Origin: a bacterium
GTDB lineage: Bacteria > UBA8248
Assembly (NCBI GenBank): GCA_965202625.1
Contig: CBDBBI010000010.1
Location: 1,472,001 to 1,536,000, forward strand
DNA: 64,000 nucleotides
Reading direction: 5' to 3'
Shown: positions 1-9,902 of the stretch, piece by piece
Position numbering within the stretch: the stretch's first letter is position 1
Layout: every line of letters starts with the position of its first letter
Translations under genes and position numbers: made by a program
Notes under the pieces: generated by a model
The model's input: only the letters and a program-made list of their open reading frames with translations
The model's database searches: none
Told to the model about the DNA's origin: nothing

Positions 1-896
1 ATTCCGTCCCAATACTGACAGGAGAAAATCTGGCCGTTGCGAAGTCGGGGGATCATCTGCGGCGAACCCCAGGCGCTCGCCTCGGGGTGGGAGACATCCT
101 TGCGCGCCAGCCAGGTGTCGAAGGCGTATTCGGCCGCGGGCGTGTTGAGCGTGGGGTTGGCGTCGTCGTCAAACGGAAAGCCGCCCGCGCTGTAAAGATA
201 CATCCAGTACCAGAAGCTGCTGTTCGCCTTGTCGCGCAGGCCGCCGAAGCCGTAGAGATCCTTCTCGGGCCGGTGGAAATGCTTCATCATCTCCAACTCG
301 TCCTCCCACGTGACCGGCCACTTGAGGGGCTTGCCGTGCTTGTCGGCGAACGCCTTGCGCTCATCCGGATCGTCGAAAAGGTCCTTGCGGATGAACTGCG
401 GGCAGACGTTTCCGTCGGTGGGCATGGCGTAGGTCTGGCCCTGGTAGGTCATGAAGGTCTCGAAGTTGCCCACCATCTCGAGGTCGAAGCCCGCCTCCTT
501 CATGTAGATGTCGAGGGGCTCGAGCATTCCCGCCGCCGCGAGGGAGGGAATCATCATGGATTCCACGTGAAAGATGTCGAACTTGCCCGAGCGCGTGATG
601 GCCTCCGCCATCGCCCGCTGGGGAATCTGCAGGTTGGGAACGTCGCTGACCTTATCCATGGAGATGCCGGTCGCGTTCTTGAACTCGCGATTCAGGTCCG
701 GATAGTTTCGCCAGTAGAGACCCCACATCATCCCGTTCAGCGAGGCGCCGCCCAGATTCTTGGCCGACTCGACGATGCGCTCCTCCTCCGGCCCGGCCTG
801 CGCCTCGCCGGCGCTCCGCATGAAAGCGGGACCCGCCACCGCGGTGGCCAGACCGGCTTTCAGGAGGCTTCTTCGGTTCATCTTTTTGCCGCTCAT
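1..896 (-). CDS. ABC transporter extracellular solute-binding protein (sugar-binding family 1-like), Tat signal; runs off the window edge
   Basis: Manual translation of the minus strand: MSGKKMNRRSLLKAGLATAVAGPAF (twin-arginine signal), GGAGGA RBS, motifs GMLEPLD, YAMPTDGN, WPVTWED; open to position 1. Missing from the ORF track because no stop codon lies in the window. Confidence 0.85.
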   Translation of the reverse strand, partial: MSGKKMNRRSLLKAGLATAVAGPAFMRSAGEAQAGPEEERIVESAKNLGGASLNGMMWGLYWRNYPDLNREFKNATGISMDKVSDVPNLQIPQRAMAEAITRSGKFDIFHVESMMIPSLAAAGMLEPLDIYMKEAGFDLEMVGNFETFMTYQGQTYAMPTDGNVCPQFIRKDLFDDPDERKAFADKHGKPLKWPVTWEDELEMMKHFHRPEKDLYGFGGLRDKANSSFWYWMYLYSAGGFPFDDDANPTLNTPAAEYAFDTWLARKDVSHPEASAWGSPQMIPRLRNGQIFSCQYWDG

Positions 897-1228
897 CAGG
901 GTGGTCCTCCCTCGTTCTTGGGGGATTGGACTCAGCGGGGGGGAATCCGCGTCGCGCTCTCTCAAAAACCCCATGAGCCACGACAAGGCGGACGATCCGA
1001 ACCCACGCTCAAGCCCACGCATGTAGTTTGTAACGCTTATAAGCGCGCATTCTCAACCGCGCGGCGATTTTTGTCAACAGACGAAACAGGCACGCGACGA
1101 CGGCGCTCGCTCGTAACAGGCGAACGCGGGAGGGGGCTCCTGCGACGGTCCGACCGGAGAACGGCCATGCGCGGGCGCCTTTCGTCCGACGGATCGGAGC
1201 GCGGGAAAGCGTCCTCGCGCCGCCTCCG

Positions 1229-2602
1229 CTAGAACTGCCGCACAAAGCGCAGCTCGAGGCGCCTGCGCTTGTAGTCGTAAAGTTGGGCGTTGGACTCGCG
1301 CTCCTCTTCCACCACCACGAGCTGCGGGCTAAAGCCGCCTATCGTGAACGCTCGATGAAAAACCGAGGCGCGCAGAATCCTCTCCCGATCCTCGCGGGAA
1401 GAGCCGTCTCGCACGAAGGGGAACCAGCTGACTTCGTAGTCCCTGCGGCGCACCTCGCCGCCTACGCCGAGCGTGAAACCCCACGGCAGGGCGTAGGAGA
1501 CGTCCGCCTCCGCGCTGCGGACGGAGTTGCGATGAAAAGTCGAATCGGGACGCTCGCGCGAGAAGCCGACGCCCAGGTTGAGACGTGCGGCCGGCGTCAC
1601 GAGCCAGGCGGCGCGAAGCGAGACGTCCCAGAGCGGCCCGTTGAGGTGTTTGAGGCGTCGATGTTTGCGGCGGCGCCAGGACGTCTGTCCCGAGAGGGAG
1701 AGCCTCGGCAGGAGGCGGCTCCTCCATTCCATGCGCCCGCCGAATTCTCGGCTGTAAGGCGCGCCGGCGACCCGGCGCATACCGACGGTGGCGAGCAGAC
1801 TGAATTCGCTCCGCTCGCCTACGAAAAAGCGGGGTCCCAGACGCGCCTCCGTCCACATCTGATCAAACTCGCTGCCCTTGTATTCGCGGCGGGAGAAGAG
1901 GGCGCCCAGGCGCAGCCGCGTCCGCTCGCCGATTGGATGCTGGTATTCCGCCCCGCCCCAGAACGCCACGCCCACGCCTGAACTGACGCGAGAGCCTTCG
2001 GAAAGCTCGAACGGCAAGCCCTGGATATATATGACGTCTGACGCCGATGCCGCGCCGATGTTGGTGTCCGGCGCGATGGCGAGCCCGAACCAGCCGCTCC
2101 AGCGCCGCCGCGCCCGTATCTTGCGCAGAAAGCCCCGGACGTTCGCAGCCACCACCGGATGGGGACGCCCCGCCAGCACGCGCTCGAAATGCGCGCGGGA
2201 GAGATCGTCCTTTTCCCGGAGGAAGAACGCCCGCGCCAGCTCCAGGCGCACGCGCACCAGGCCGGGGCGCTCGACGAGGATGGCGTGCAGGGCGGCGACG
2301 GCCTCGTCGAGCAGGGCGTTTTTCTCCGCTTCCGTCGCAGCGCGCGCCGAAGCCTCCATCGCCGCCAAGCCAATGAGGAAGCGCACGTCCGTCCTGTCGG
2401 GATGGTCCGGCGCGAGCGGGCGCAAAATGCGGAGCGCCTCAATGAAGCGTCCGCTCTTCACCATCGCGCGAGCGGCCTTCACCCGGGGATCAGAGGAGAG
2501 GTGGGAACGATCGGCGGCGAAGGCAAAGGAGTGGATAACGACCACGAACGCGACGAGGAGGCTGAATATGCAGGTTCGATGCGCCACGGAGCCCTTCCTC
2601 AT
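1229..2602 (-). CDS. Surface lipoprotein assembly modifier (Slam/DUF560, type XI secretion outer-membrane translocon)
   Basis: Signal peptide, TPR region with LVRVRLELARAFF, then DTNI at the barrel start, beta-strand pattern and C-terminal SNAQLYDYKRRRLELRFVRQF ending in Phe. Start chosen at MRKGSV; the ORF extends to 2674. Confidence 0.85.
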   Translation of the reverse strand: MRKGSVAHRTCIFSLLVAFVVVIHSFAFAADRSHLSSDPRVKAARAMVKSGRFIEALRILRPLAPDHPDRTDVRFLIGLAAMEASARAATEAEKNALLDEAVAALHAILVERPGLVRVRLELARAFFLREKDDLSRAHFERVLAGRPHPVVAANVRGFLRKIRARRRWSGWFGLAIAPDTNIGAASASDVIYIQGLPFELSEGSRVSSGVGVAFWGGAEYQHPIGERTRLRLGALFSRREYKGSEFDQMWTEARLGPRFFVGERSEFSLLATVGMRRVAGAPYSREFGGRMEWRSRLLPRLSLSGQTSWRRRKHRRLKHLNGPLWDVSLRAAWLVTPAARLNLGVGFSRERPDSTFHRNSVRSAEADVSYALPWGFTLGVGGEVRRRDYEVSWFPFVRDGSSREDRERILRASVFHRAFTIGGFSPQLVVVEEERESNAQLYDYKRRRLELRFVRQF

Positions 2603-2885
2603 CCAATGCGCGCTGCTCCGCAGCCCGCGACCAGAACATGCGAAAAAGCCGGCGCGTTCTCGCACGTCGCGCACATGGACTGAAAAATCGAAAAACTCCT
2701 CAGTTTGTCGTGGAAGACATCCAGAATTTTCAACGCTTTACCTACCGGTGGGGACATCGCACTGAATACACCGGTACCGCAGTGAAGACGAAGCGGCAGA
2801 GATGCGCACCGGGCAGGCAAGGAGGGGAACGCTCCACCTTGCCTGCCCGGCGGCAATCGTCTTCACCTGCTACACTCTTACTCCC

Positions 2886-4025
2886 CTAGGGGGTTGAGGA
2901 GGTTTGGGGCGCGGCGAACACGCCGACTGCTCTCGATACCCCTCCCCCCTCAGGGGCGCCCCGGACGCCGAACGTCCCGTGGACGGCGGCGGGATTGCCG
3001 TCCTCCCTCACGCCGTGGAACGCGCCGCCCCAGTTGCCGTTGAAGTTGCCCTCGTCCCGTTGGATTGTTCCCTGGAAGAAGCCGCCGTCATTCGCATTCG
3101 TGATATCCGCAACTCCCAGAGCAAAGTTACCATCAAACCCTTCCAGTGCCTCGCCGTCCTCATCTGTAAATTCGCTGAGAGTTCCCGATATACTGCCAAG
3201 ACCGCTGGCGCCGCCGAAATCAGCCTCCAGTGCCAGGGTCGCATCAAAGAACCCGACTTCACTAGAATCCGCGTCCGCATACGTATAGAGGCCGTTCGCG
3301 ACTCCCTCATAACTCGCCGTCCCTGTCAGTGCCTGGATGTCGGCCGCGTCGAAATGACGGAATCCGGCTGCAAAGGCGCCGACCTCGATCGGATCCGTAT
3401 CATTCGCACTCTCCGTATCAGTTGGAGTGCGCACCCAGACGCCGGCGGCAAAATAATCGGTGTCATCATCAGCATCAGCCGGGACGCTCGAATAGACCCT
3501 CATCAAAATCGTATCGCTGCCGTCGTCATCCGCATTCGGGATCTCATGGCTGATATCCACGCGTCGGACGGCAAAGCCTTGGCCGAAAAAGACTGAACCG
3601 TGCGCAAACAAGTCGTCTGCCACAGTGAGGGTGGTTCCGGTGTCTTCGGGGCCTAACGTCACCGAGCCCTCCAACTGACCCGAAGAATCAAGACGTATGT
3701 CGACGGCTCCCAGTGTGTCCATCGTTCGGGAGGCATCATCAAAGTTCGAGGACTGGACGACGGTGCCAGCGGAATCAACGGAGGGAATCGCCCTGGAGAC
3801 ATCTGCTATCCTTTCTCCTGTTACCACCCGGAGGTCCGGGTTGTTTCGGATCGGGTCCAGCAATGTCGAACTGCTACTACTTCCTCCTCCTGATGATCCG
3901 CAACCAGCGGAGACGAGGGCGAGGATGAGGGCGCTCGCCAGAAAGCCCCAGCGCTTGTAAAAGCACGGCTTTCTGATTCTTGCACCTGATTTCTGTCTGC
4001 GACGTAGCGCGGCAATATCATACAT
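2886..4025 (-). CDS. Surface lipoprotein with TbpB-like C-terminal beta-barrel (probable Slam cargo 1)
   Basis: AGGAGG RBS before ATG 4025; lipobox LVSAG-C; Gly/Ser linker; GTASYEG, GSISGTLS, GNWGGAFHG, GTFG motifs; very acidic. Confidence 0.8.
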   Translation of the reverse strand: MYDIAALRRRQKSGARIRKPCFYKRWGFLASALILALVSAGCGSSGGGSSSSSTLLDPIRNNPDLRVVTGERIADVSRAIPSVDSAGTVVQSSNFDDASRTMDTLGAVDIRLDSSGQLEGSVTLGPEDTGTTLTVADDLFAHGSVFFGQGFAVRRVDISHEIPNADDDGSDTILMRVYSSVPADADDDTDYFAAGVWVRTPTDTESANDTDPIEVGAFAAGFRHFDAADIQALTGTASYEGVANGLYTYADADSSEVGFFDATLALEADFGGASGLGSISGTLSEFTDEDGEALEGFDGNFALGVADITNANDGGFFQGTIQRDEGNFNGNWGGAFHGVREDGNPAAVHGTFGVRGAPEGGGVSRAVGVFAAPQTSSTP

Positions 4026-4145
4026 AGTGTTCCTCCTATTTGGTTGAGGCCAAGCTACTCTTGCGCAATGGGCATATGCAATCTTCTTTACCATAATTAT
4101 CTATGAATTATCCAGGCGCGCGCAAGGCTTCTTTTTTATCAAATG

Positions 4146-4446
4146 GGACGACCCGCTTTGAGCGACTTTTTCAACGCCCTTGCACGGCCGTTTCCGAGCC
4201 GTTTTCCAGGCCATTCGCAATAATTCTTGTCCGGCTACGATACACCATGCGAAGTTCGCCGGATTCCAGGCTGCGGAACGGGGGAAGGCCGGGCGAATAA
4301 GAGGACGGCACCTGGGACGGCCAGACGATGAAAGGGCGCGCGCGCGGACGTAAAAACGTCCTCCCCGGCGATGCGGGGAGGACGAGGTCTATTGGGTGCT
4401 TTGCAGTTCGACGCGCGTGTCCTCAAGCAGACGGCTCGGAGAGATG
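4146..4446. repeat. Decayed partial copy of 5991-6714 (intergenic repeat, terminator and fragments of the usp gene)
   Basis: 4146-4344 matches 5991-6213, 4345-4397 matches about 6326-6380, and 4398-4446 is identical to 6666-6714. Confidence 0.85.
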
Positions 4447-4570
4447 AGTCCATTCCCTATGAAACAGGAGGCAAACATAGCGAGCTCGGCACAACGACGC
4501 GCACCGGAGGGCAGCTCTCCATCTTGCCCCCGCCCGGTGCGCCCTTCTTCTACCGCGTCTCCGACTGCTG

Positions 4571-5725
4571 CTACGGGGTCTTGGGCGCGAGAAACACGCC
4601 GACTGCCTCCACCTCCCAATCAGGCGGCTCGCCTTGAGATGGGGCCCAGTCGCCCGAGAAACCGAACGTCCCGAGGACGGAGGCGGGCTTGCCGTCGGAC
4701 GCCACGCCGTGGAACGCGCCGCCCCATTTGCCTGCGAACCGGGCATGGCCCCCATCAATATTATTGCTCTCGGGGGCGATTTCTCCCTGGAAGAAGCCGC
4801 CGTCGCCCGTATTGGTGATAGCCGCCGCTGACGCGCCCCCCTCGCCTCGCAGTTCAAGCACCAAACCTTCAACCGCGTCTATGACTTCACCGTCCTCTAC
4901 AAGGTTGCTGAGCTCTCCGCTGATCGTGCCCAGCTGGGCAGCGTTGCCGAACTCGGCCGTCAGCTTCACGTCCGCATTGAACCACCCGGTGACGTTCTCG
5001 CCGGGATTCTCCTCGACCGTATACACGTAGAGGCCGACAGCGCCTTCATCCATACTATAAGTCGCCTGCCCTTCCAGGGATTGGATGTCGTTCATGGCGA
5101 AAGGCGTCGTTCCGGTTGCAAAGGCACCGAGTGCGAGGTCATCCAAATCTTCCGCGTCATTTGGAATGAGCAGCCAGATTCCAGCGGCCAGATAGTCGGT
5201 GTCCGCAGACGAACTGACATCCGAATAGATGCTCATCCAAAGCGTCTCGTCATCGGTCCTCTTCATGAGATCTGCGGTTTCTTCGGGGTCTTCGCCTCTC
5301 TCGAACAGGTCATCTCGCGTAGTTATGGTCATGCCGTTCAACGTTACCGAGCCCTCCAGCTGACCCTCCGCATTCAGGCGCATTTCAACGTTTTCCAGGG
5401 TGTCGGTCGTTACGAAGTCGCTGTCGACGTTCGTGGACTGGACGACGCTGCCTTCCTTGGGAATAGATTGGGAGACCTCGCTTAGCTTATCCCGCGTTTC
5501 TTCCCGGAGCATCTCATTGGCGCCGATCTGCTCCAGCACTGCGTTCGTGGAGGTGGTCGTGGGGGTGGGCGCGGCCGCCGTTCCACCGCCGCCGCCTCCG
5601 CCTCCGCAACCAGCGGAGACGAGGGCGAGGAGGAGGGCACTCGCCAAAAAGCCAGCGCTCCTGAAAGCGTGGTTTTCTCGTTTCTGCACGCGACGCAGCA
5701 CGGGAGCGTCCCTATACATACGCAT
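4571..5725 (-). CDS. Surface lipoprotein with TbpB-like C-terminal beta-barrel (probable Slam cargo 2, paralog of 2886-4025)
   Basis: AAGGAG RBS; GFLASALLLALVSAG-C nearly identical to the paralog; poly-Gly/Thr linker; GTISGELSN, GKWGGAFHG, GTFG. Confidence 0.8.
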   Translation of the reverse strand: MRMYRDAPVLRRVQKRENHAFRSAGFLASALLLALVSAGCGGGGGGGGTAAAPTPTTTSTNAVLEQIGANEMLREETRDKLSEVSQSIPKEGSVVQSTNVDSDFVTTDTLENVEMRLNAEGQLEGSVTLNGMTITTRDDLFERGEDPEETADLMKRTDDETLWMSIYSDVSSSADTDYLAAGIWLLIPNDAEDLDDLALGAFATGTTPFAMNDIQSLEGQATYSMDEGAVGLYVYTVEENPGENVTGWFNADVKLTAEFGNAAQLGTISGELSNLVEDGEVIDAVEGLVLELRGEGGASAAAITNTGDGGFFQGEIAPESNNIDGGHARFAGKWGGAFHGVASDGKPASVLGTFGFSGDWAPSQGEPPDWEVEAVGVFLAPKTP

Positions 5726-6333
5726 ACCCTTCTCCTTTTTTTACGATGAACAGAAATTCTTGGACCCAGAGAAATAAAATCTTTTTTACCATACCTATCT
5801 GGCGCGCGCCAAATACCTTTCATGGAGATCGCGCGCCCGACAAGCGGACCGCGGGCCCCAGACACGCTAAGGCAGCGGCGCGGCGCCATCTAAATGGGAG
5901 GACGCGCGCTGCGTCCCGCGACCATGGAAGAGAAGGAAAACGAATCCTCCGTTATCGCGGTCGTGGCTCCGGACAGACTCGCCGCCCGCAGGACGACTCG
6001 CTTTGAGCGACTTTTTCAACGCCCTTGCACGGCCGTTTCCGAGCCGTTTACGCACCGAAAAACGGCCGTTTTTCCAGGCCATTCGCAATGATTTTTGTCC
6101 GGCTAAGATGCGCCATGCGAAGTTCGCCGGATTCCAGGCTGCGGAACGGGGGGAGGCCGGGCGAACTAAGGGGACGGCACCTGGGACGGCCAGACGATGA
6201 AAGAGCGCGCGCGATCGTCAAAGCCGGGCGGTTTCCCACACGTCGGCGACTCGCCTGAAATGCACGCTCCCCTCAAGCCGACGCGCACAGAAGAAGCCGC
6301 GCTTCCCGCTCGCTCCTTCTGTACGCGGACGCT

Positions 6334-6367
6334 AAAAACGCCCTCCCCGACGAGTGCGGGGAGGGCG
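6334..6367 (-). terminator. Rho-independent terminator of usp
   Basis: Minus strand GCCCTCCCCG-loop-CGGGGAGGGC followed by GTTTTT, just after the stop codon. Confidence 0.7.
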
Positions 6368-6371
6368 AGGT

Positions 6372-6899
6372 CTATTTGGTACCGGAGGACGCGCTCGACT
6401 CCTTCGCCTCCTCCTCGGCTATCCTCTTCAAAGCCACCTTATCTCTCAGCAGAAACACCGGGCAGGGGGCGCGCCGCAGCACCTGCTCGGAGACGCTTCC
6501 GATCACGAAGCGGCTCACCATGTTGCGGCCGTGCGTGCCCATGACGAGAAGGTCGAAATCCCCGGATTCGGAGAAATCCAGTATCTCTTTCGCCGGCTCT
6601 CCGAAAATCACGATGGCCTCTATGGCCACATTCGATTCGACTTCTCGCACCATGAGGTCGAGATTGCTTTGCAGTTCGACGCGCGTGTCCTCAAGCAGAC
6701 GGCTCGGAGAGATGGCGCCTACGAGCTCTGCGCCATAACCGCCATACTTGGCTTGGTACTCAGGGTTTCTCGCCACGTGAATGGCCACGACCTCCGCCTT
6801 TCGATTCTCTCCAATCTCCGAGGCGACCTTGAGGACGCTCTTGCTGAGGCCAGAAAAATCAACGGGAGCCAATATCTTTTTCGGATCGTATATTCGCAT
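6372..6899 (-). CDS. Universal stress protein (UspA family)
   Basis: KILAPVDFS, DLLVMGTHGR, IGSVSEQVLRRAPCPV. Confidence 0.93.
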   Translation of the reverse strand: MRIYDPKKILAPVDFSGLSKSVLKVASEIGENRKAEVVAIHVARNPEYQAKYGGYGAELVGAISPSRLLEDTRVELQSNLDLMVREVESNVAIEAIVIFGEPAKEILDFSESGDFDLLVMGTHGRNMVSRFVIGSVSEQVLRRAPCPVFLLRDKVALKRIAEEEAKESSASSGTK

Positions 6900-7219
6900 G
6901 GCAACTCCCTCCAGATGTAAAGAAACGTTGCAACACCCGCCGCATCCATCAACGTCACATGAAACAGAGCCTTCCCGCCCCCCGACCTCAAGGATGGCTT
7001 TCAGGTTCGCGCTTGCGCGTCCTGTGTCAAGCGGGACAACCGTCCAGACGCCTCACCCCGCCCGTCTCCCTCCATCCCCGAGAGGCCGACGCCTCGCTTC
7101 GGGAGACTCAAAACCCGTCGCCCATCCCCCATCCGTCAAACCCCTCTTCATGCTTCAAATATAGCCCTTGCCCCGCCATCTTTCAAGAAAATTCCGCTTC
7201 TGAGCGGGTCGCCCTCGCC

Positions 7220-8203
7220 TCAATCGATCTCCAACACCACGTTCCCGACGTTCTCGAAACGCTCCATGATCTCATGGGCGGCGGCGGTGTCCTCCAGGGA
7301 AAAGCGCGCGCCTATGTGGTGGGTGAGTGCGCCCGCCTCACATGCGGCGTTGACGTCGCGGCAAGCCTGGGAGATGGCGGCGTCCGGCATCGTATAGACG
7401 AACACCATGCGGATGGCCGTGTTGTTCCCCATCATCTGATACCAGGGCAGAACCGGCTCGGGGGCGCGCGTGGAGCCATAGGCTGCGACCGTCCCGTTTT
7501 GCTTGAGCACCCGGCGGGTGACCTCCAGATTCTCGCCGAAATCGACCTCGCAGATTCGGTCCACCCCCTCTCCGCCCGTGAGTGCCAGGACGCGCTCGGC
7601 GACGTCCTCCTCCTTGTAGTTCACGACGTGGTCCGCACCCGCCTCTCGCGCGATTCGCGCTTTCTCATCGCTGCTCGCCGTGGCGATGACGGCGGCACCC
7701 CCCCATTTTCCCAGCTGCACGCCGTAGCGGCCCACGGCGCCGGCGCCTCCGGTGACGAGCGCGGTCTGCCCCTTGATAGGCCCATCGAGAAACAGCGCCC
7801 TGTGGGCGGTCATCGCCGGAATCGCCAGGCATGCGCCCTGGGCAAAGTCCACCGAATCCGCCAGGGGCACCGCCTGGTGCGCGGGCAAGGCGACGAACTC
7901 GGCCGCAGTGCCATACGCCCTCTCCCATTGCGCGTTGAACACCCAGACGCGCTCGCCCACGCGGGCGGCGTCCACGCCCGCGCCCACGCTCTCGATGATC
8001 CCCGCCCCATCGGAATGGGGGATGACCCTCGGCCAGCGCATCTCGCCGCGCGAGCCCAAGCGCGCCTTGTAGTCGGAGGGATTCGCGCCCGAGGCGTGGA
8101 GCCGCACGCGCACCTCGCCCGCCCCGGGCTTCGGATTTTCGAGTTCGCCGACTTTCAGAACCTCTCTCGCCGGCCCATGTGACTCATACCAGACGGCTCG
8201 CAT
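7220..8203 (-). CDS. NADPH:quinone reductase (zeta-crystallin/MDR family)
   Basis: GANPSDYK, PHSDGAG, GGAGAVG; start at MRAVWYE after a GGAGG RBS. Confidence 0.9.
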   Translation of the reverse strand: MRAVWYESHGPAREVLKVGELENPKPGAGEVRVRLHASGANPSDYKARLGSRGEMRWPRVIPHSDGAGIIESVGAGVDAARVGERVWVFNAQWERAYGTAAEFVALPAHQAVPLADSVDFAQGACLAIPAMTAHRALFLDGPIKGQTALVTGGAGAVGRYGVQLGKWGGAAVIATASSDEKARIAREAGADHVVNYKEEDVAERVLALTGGEGVDRICEVDFGENLEVTRRVLKQNGTVAAYGSTRAPEPVLPWYQMMGNNTAIRMVFVYTMPDAAISQACRDVNAACEAGALTHHIGARFSLEDTAAAHEIMERFENVGNVVLEID

Positions 8204-8579
8204 GTTCCCTCCTTGACGTGAGAATGATGAACTTCGGGACCCCTTTTTCGGGCCAGGGCGAAGCGCCGCTTTTCTTCGGCTTGCCTTTATATTATTGCAT
8301 TTTCTATTTTCCGCACGAACGATAGGAGATTCTCTGCCCGTTCTCCCCAAGAGTCGTCCCTACAGGAGCCGACGTCCATCGCCGCCGCGCTACGGGCGGC
8401 GGTGAACGAAACCCCATCGACCTCACTACGCCCCACGTGCACAAAGCGGGGAGGATACCAAAGAAACCTCTCATCCCGAAGGAAAATACGAAAATCCGAC
8501 GCGGGTCGGCCGCCTTCGGGCATGGGGAAGACATGGGACCACCCTACGGCGCCTTGAGGCAAAAACCAGCCTGTCTCCC

Positions 8580-9698
8580 TCACGCCGCCTTCCGCTCGCG
8601 TTCGATCAATTCCCTGACCCTCGGAATTAAGTCGCGCGCGGCGCGGTCGCATTCCTCAAGATGCGGGTAGCCCGAGAGGATGAACTCGTCCATTCCCAGC
8701 CGCCAGTAGGCCAGAAGTTCCTCGGCGATCTGATCGGGCGTTCCCACGAGGGCGGAGCCGCAGTTCACCCGCACCTGGGAGATGCCGTTCCACAGGCGGG
8801 GGCCCACCCGGAAATCCTCGAACGCGCGCGCCTGGGCGGCGGCGCCCACCATGCTGGTTCCGGCGACCAACGCGGCGCGCTGGGCCTTGACGGCATCCTC
8901 CGCCCGACTCAGCAGCGCCCGCGTCTCTTCCCAGGCTTGCGCCTCGGTGTCCCGCATCACCAGATGGGAGCGCACGCCGAAGGCGGGCGCGCGGCCCGCG
9001 ACGGCGAAAGAGGCCCGCGCGCGCTCTACCTGCTTTCGCGTCTCCTCGATCGGCCCTATCCAGCCCAGATAGAAGTCCGACTGCGCGCCCGCGAGCCGCA
9101 AGGCGGCAGGCGACGCTCCGCCGAGATAGAACCTGGGCGCGCCCCCCGCCGGGCCGGGGGCGCAGTGAGCGCCGTCGAGCCGCACGAATTTTCCCTTGAA
9201 GCTGACCGGCTCAGGCCGTTCCCAGAGTTTGCGAAGCGCGGCGATGAACTCCTCCGCCCGCTCGTAGCGCGTATCGTGATCGACCCGCTCGCCCATCTTC
9301 TCGAACTCGCCCTTGATGCCGCCGGGCACGACGTTCAAGTCCAGCCTTCCGCCCGTTATCTGGCTGAGCGTGGCCGCCATCTGGGCGAAGAGCCCCGGGT
9401 TCACGAAACCCGGACGCACTGCTACGAGAAAGCGGATGCGCACGCTGTGCGCGGCCAAGGCAGTCACCATCGTCCAGGTCTCCGCCAGCGGTGCGCGCTC
9501 ATCGAAAAGCCCGTTGGCGAAGCGCGTGGGAATGAGCATGGAGTAGAAGCCGTTATCCTCCGCCGCCTGCACCACCTTGCGCAAGTATTCATACGTGGGC
9601 GGACGCTCGGCGCGCATCGCGCCGATGCGCGCGCCGTCGCCGTCAATGGGTATAAACCAGTCGAAGCGGGGCTCCGGCCGCTCATGCGTAGGTGTCAT
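8580..9698 (-). CDS. LLM-class flavin-dependent monooxygenase (SsuD/alkanesulfonate monooxygenase-like)
   Basis: FDWFIP, FLVAVRPG, GGRLDLNVV, RYERAEEF, ALVGTPDQIAE, FILSGYPHLEE. Confidence 0.88.
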   Translation of the reverse strand: MTPTHERPEPRFDWFIPIDGDGARIGAMRAERPPTYEYLRKVVQAAEDNGFYSMLIPTRFANGLFDERAPLAETWTMVTALAAHSVRIRFLVAVRPGFVNPGLFAQMAATLSQITGGRLDLNVVPGGIKGEFEKMGERVDHDTRYERAEEFIAALRKLWERPEPVSFKGKFVRLDGAHCAPGPAGGAPRFYLGGASPAALRLAGAQSDFYLGWIGPIEETRKQVERARASFAVAGRAPAFGVRSHLVMRDTEAQAWEETRALLSRAEDAVKAQRAALVAGTSMVGAAAQARAFEDFRVGPRLWNGISQVRVNCGSALVGTPDQIAEELLAYWRLGMDEFILSGYPHLEECDRAARDLIPRVRELIERERKAA

Positions 9699-9902
9699 GC
9701 CAACGAACCTCCCGAAAAATTCAAACTGAACATGCTGTTCATTTTAATACAAGCGGGCGAGGCGTGAAAGGAGATCGCCTTGGGCCGGCGTCCCGCCTGA
9801 AGCGATAGGCGCATCAAGAGTTTCACCGCCAAACAAAAAACCCCCAGAAAAGCGGCCGAAACGCCGGAGTGGATAGCCGCGCCCATGCAAACGCAGCCGA
9901 TT

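Noticed and set aside
87-1232. 381-aa plus-strand ORF
   Set aside because: Antisense shadow of the Tat-signal solute-binding protein on the minus strand; many other long antisense ORFs in the track are the same GC-rich artefact.
8340-8550. Degenerate GTAG-type REP-like palindromes
   Set aside because: Too degenerate, not clearly repeated elsewhere in the window, and no RAYT transposase present.
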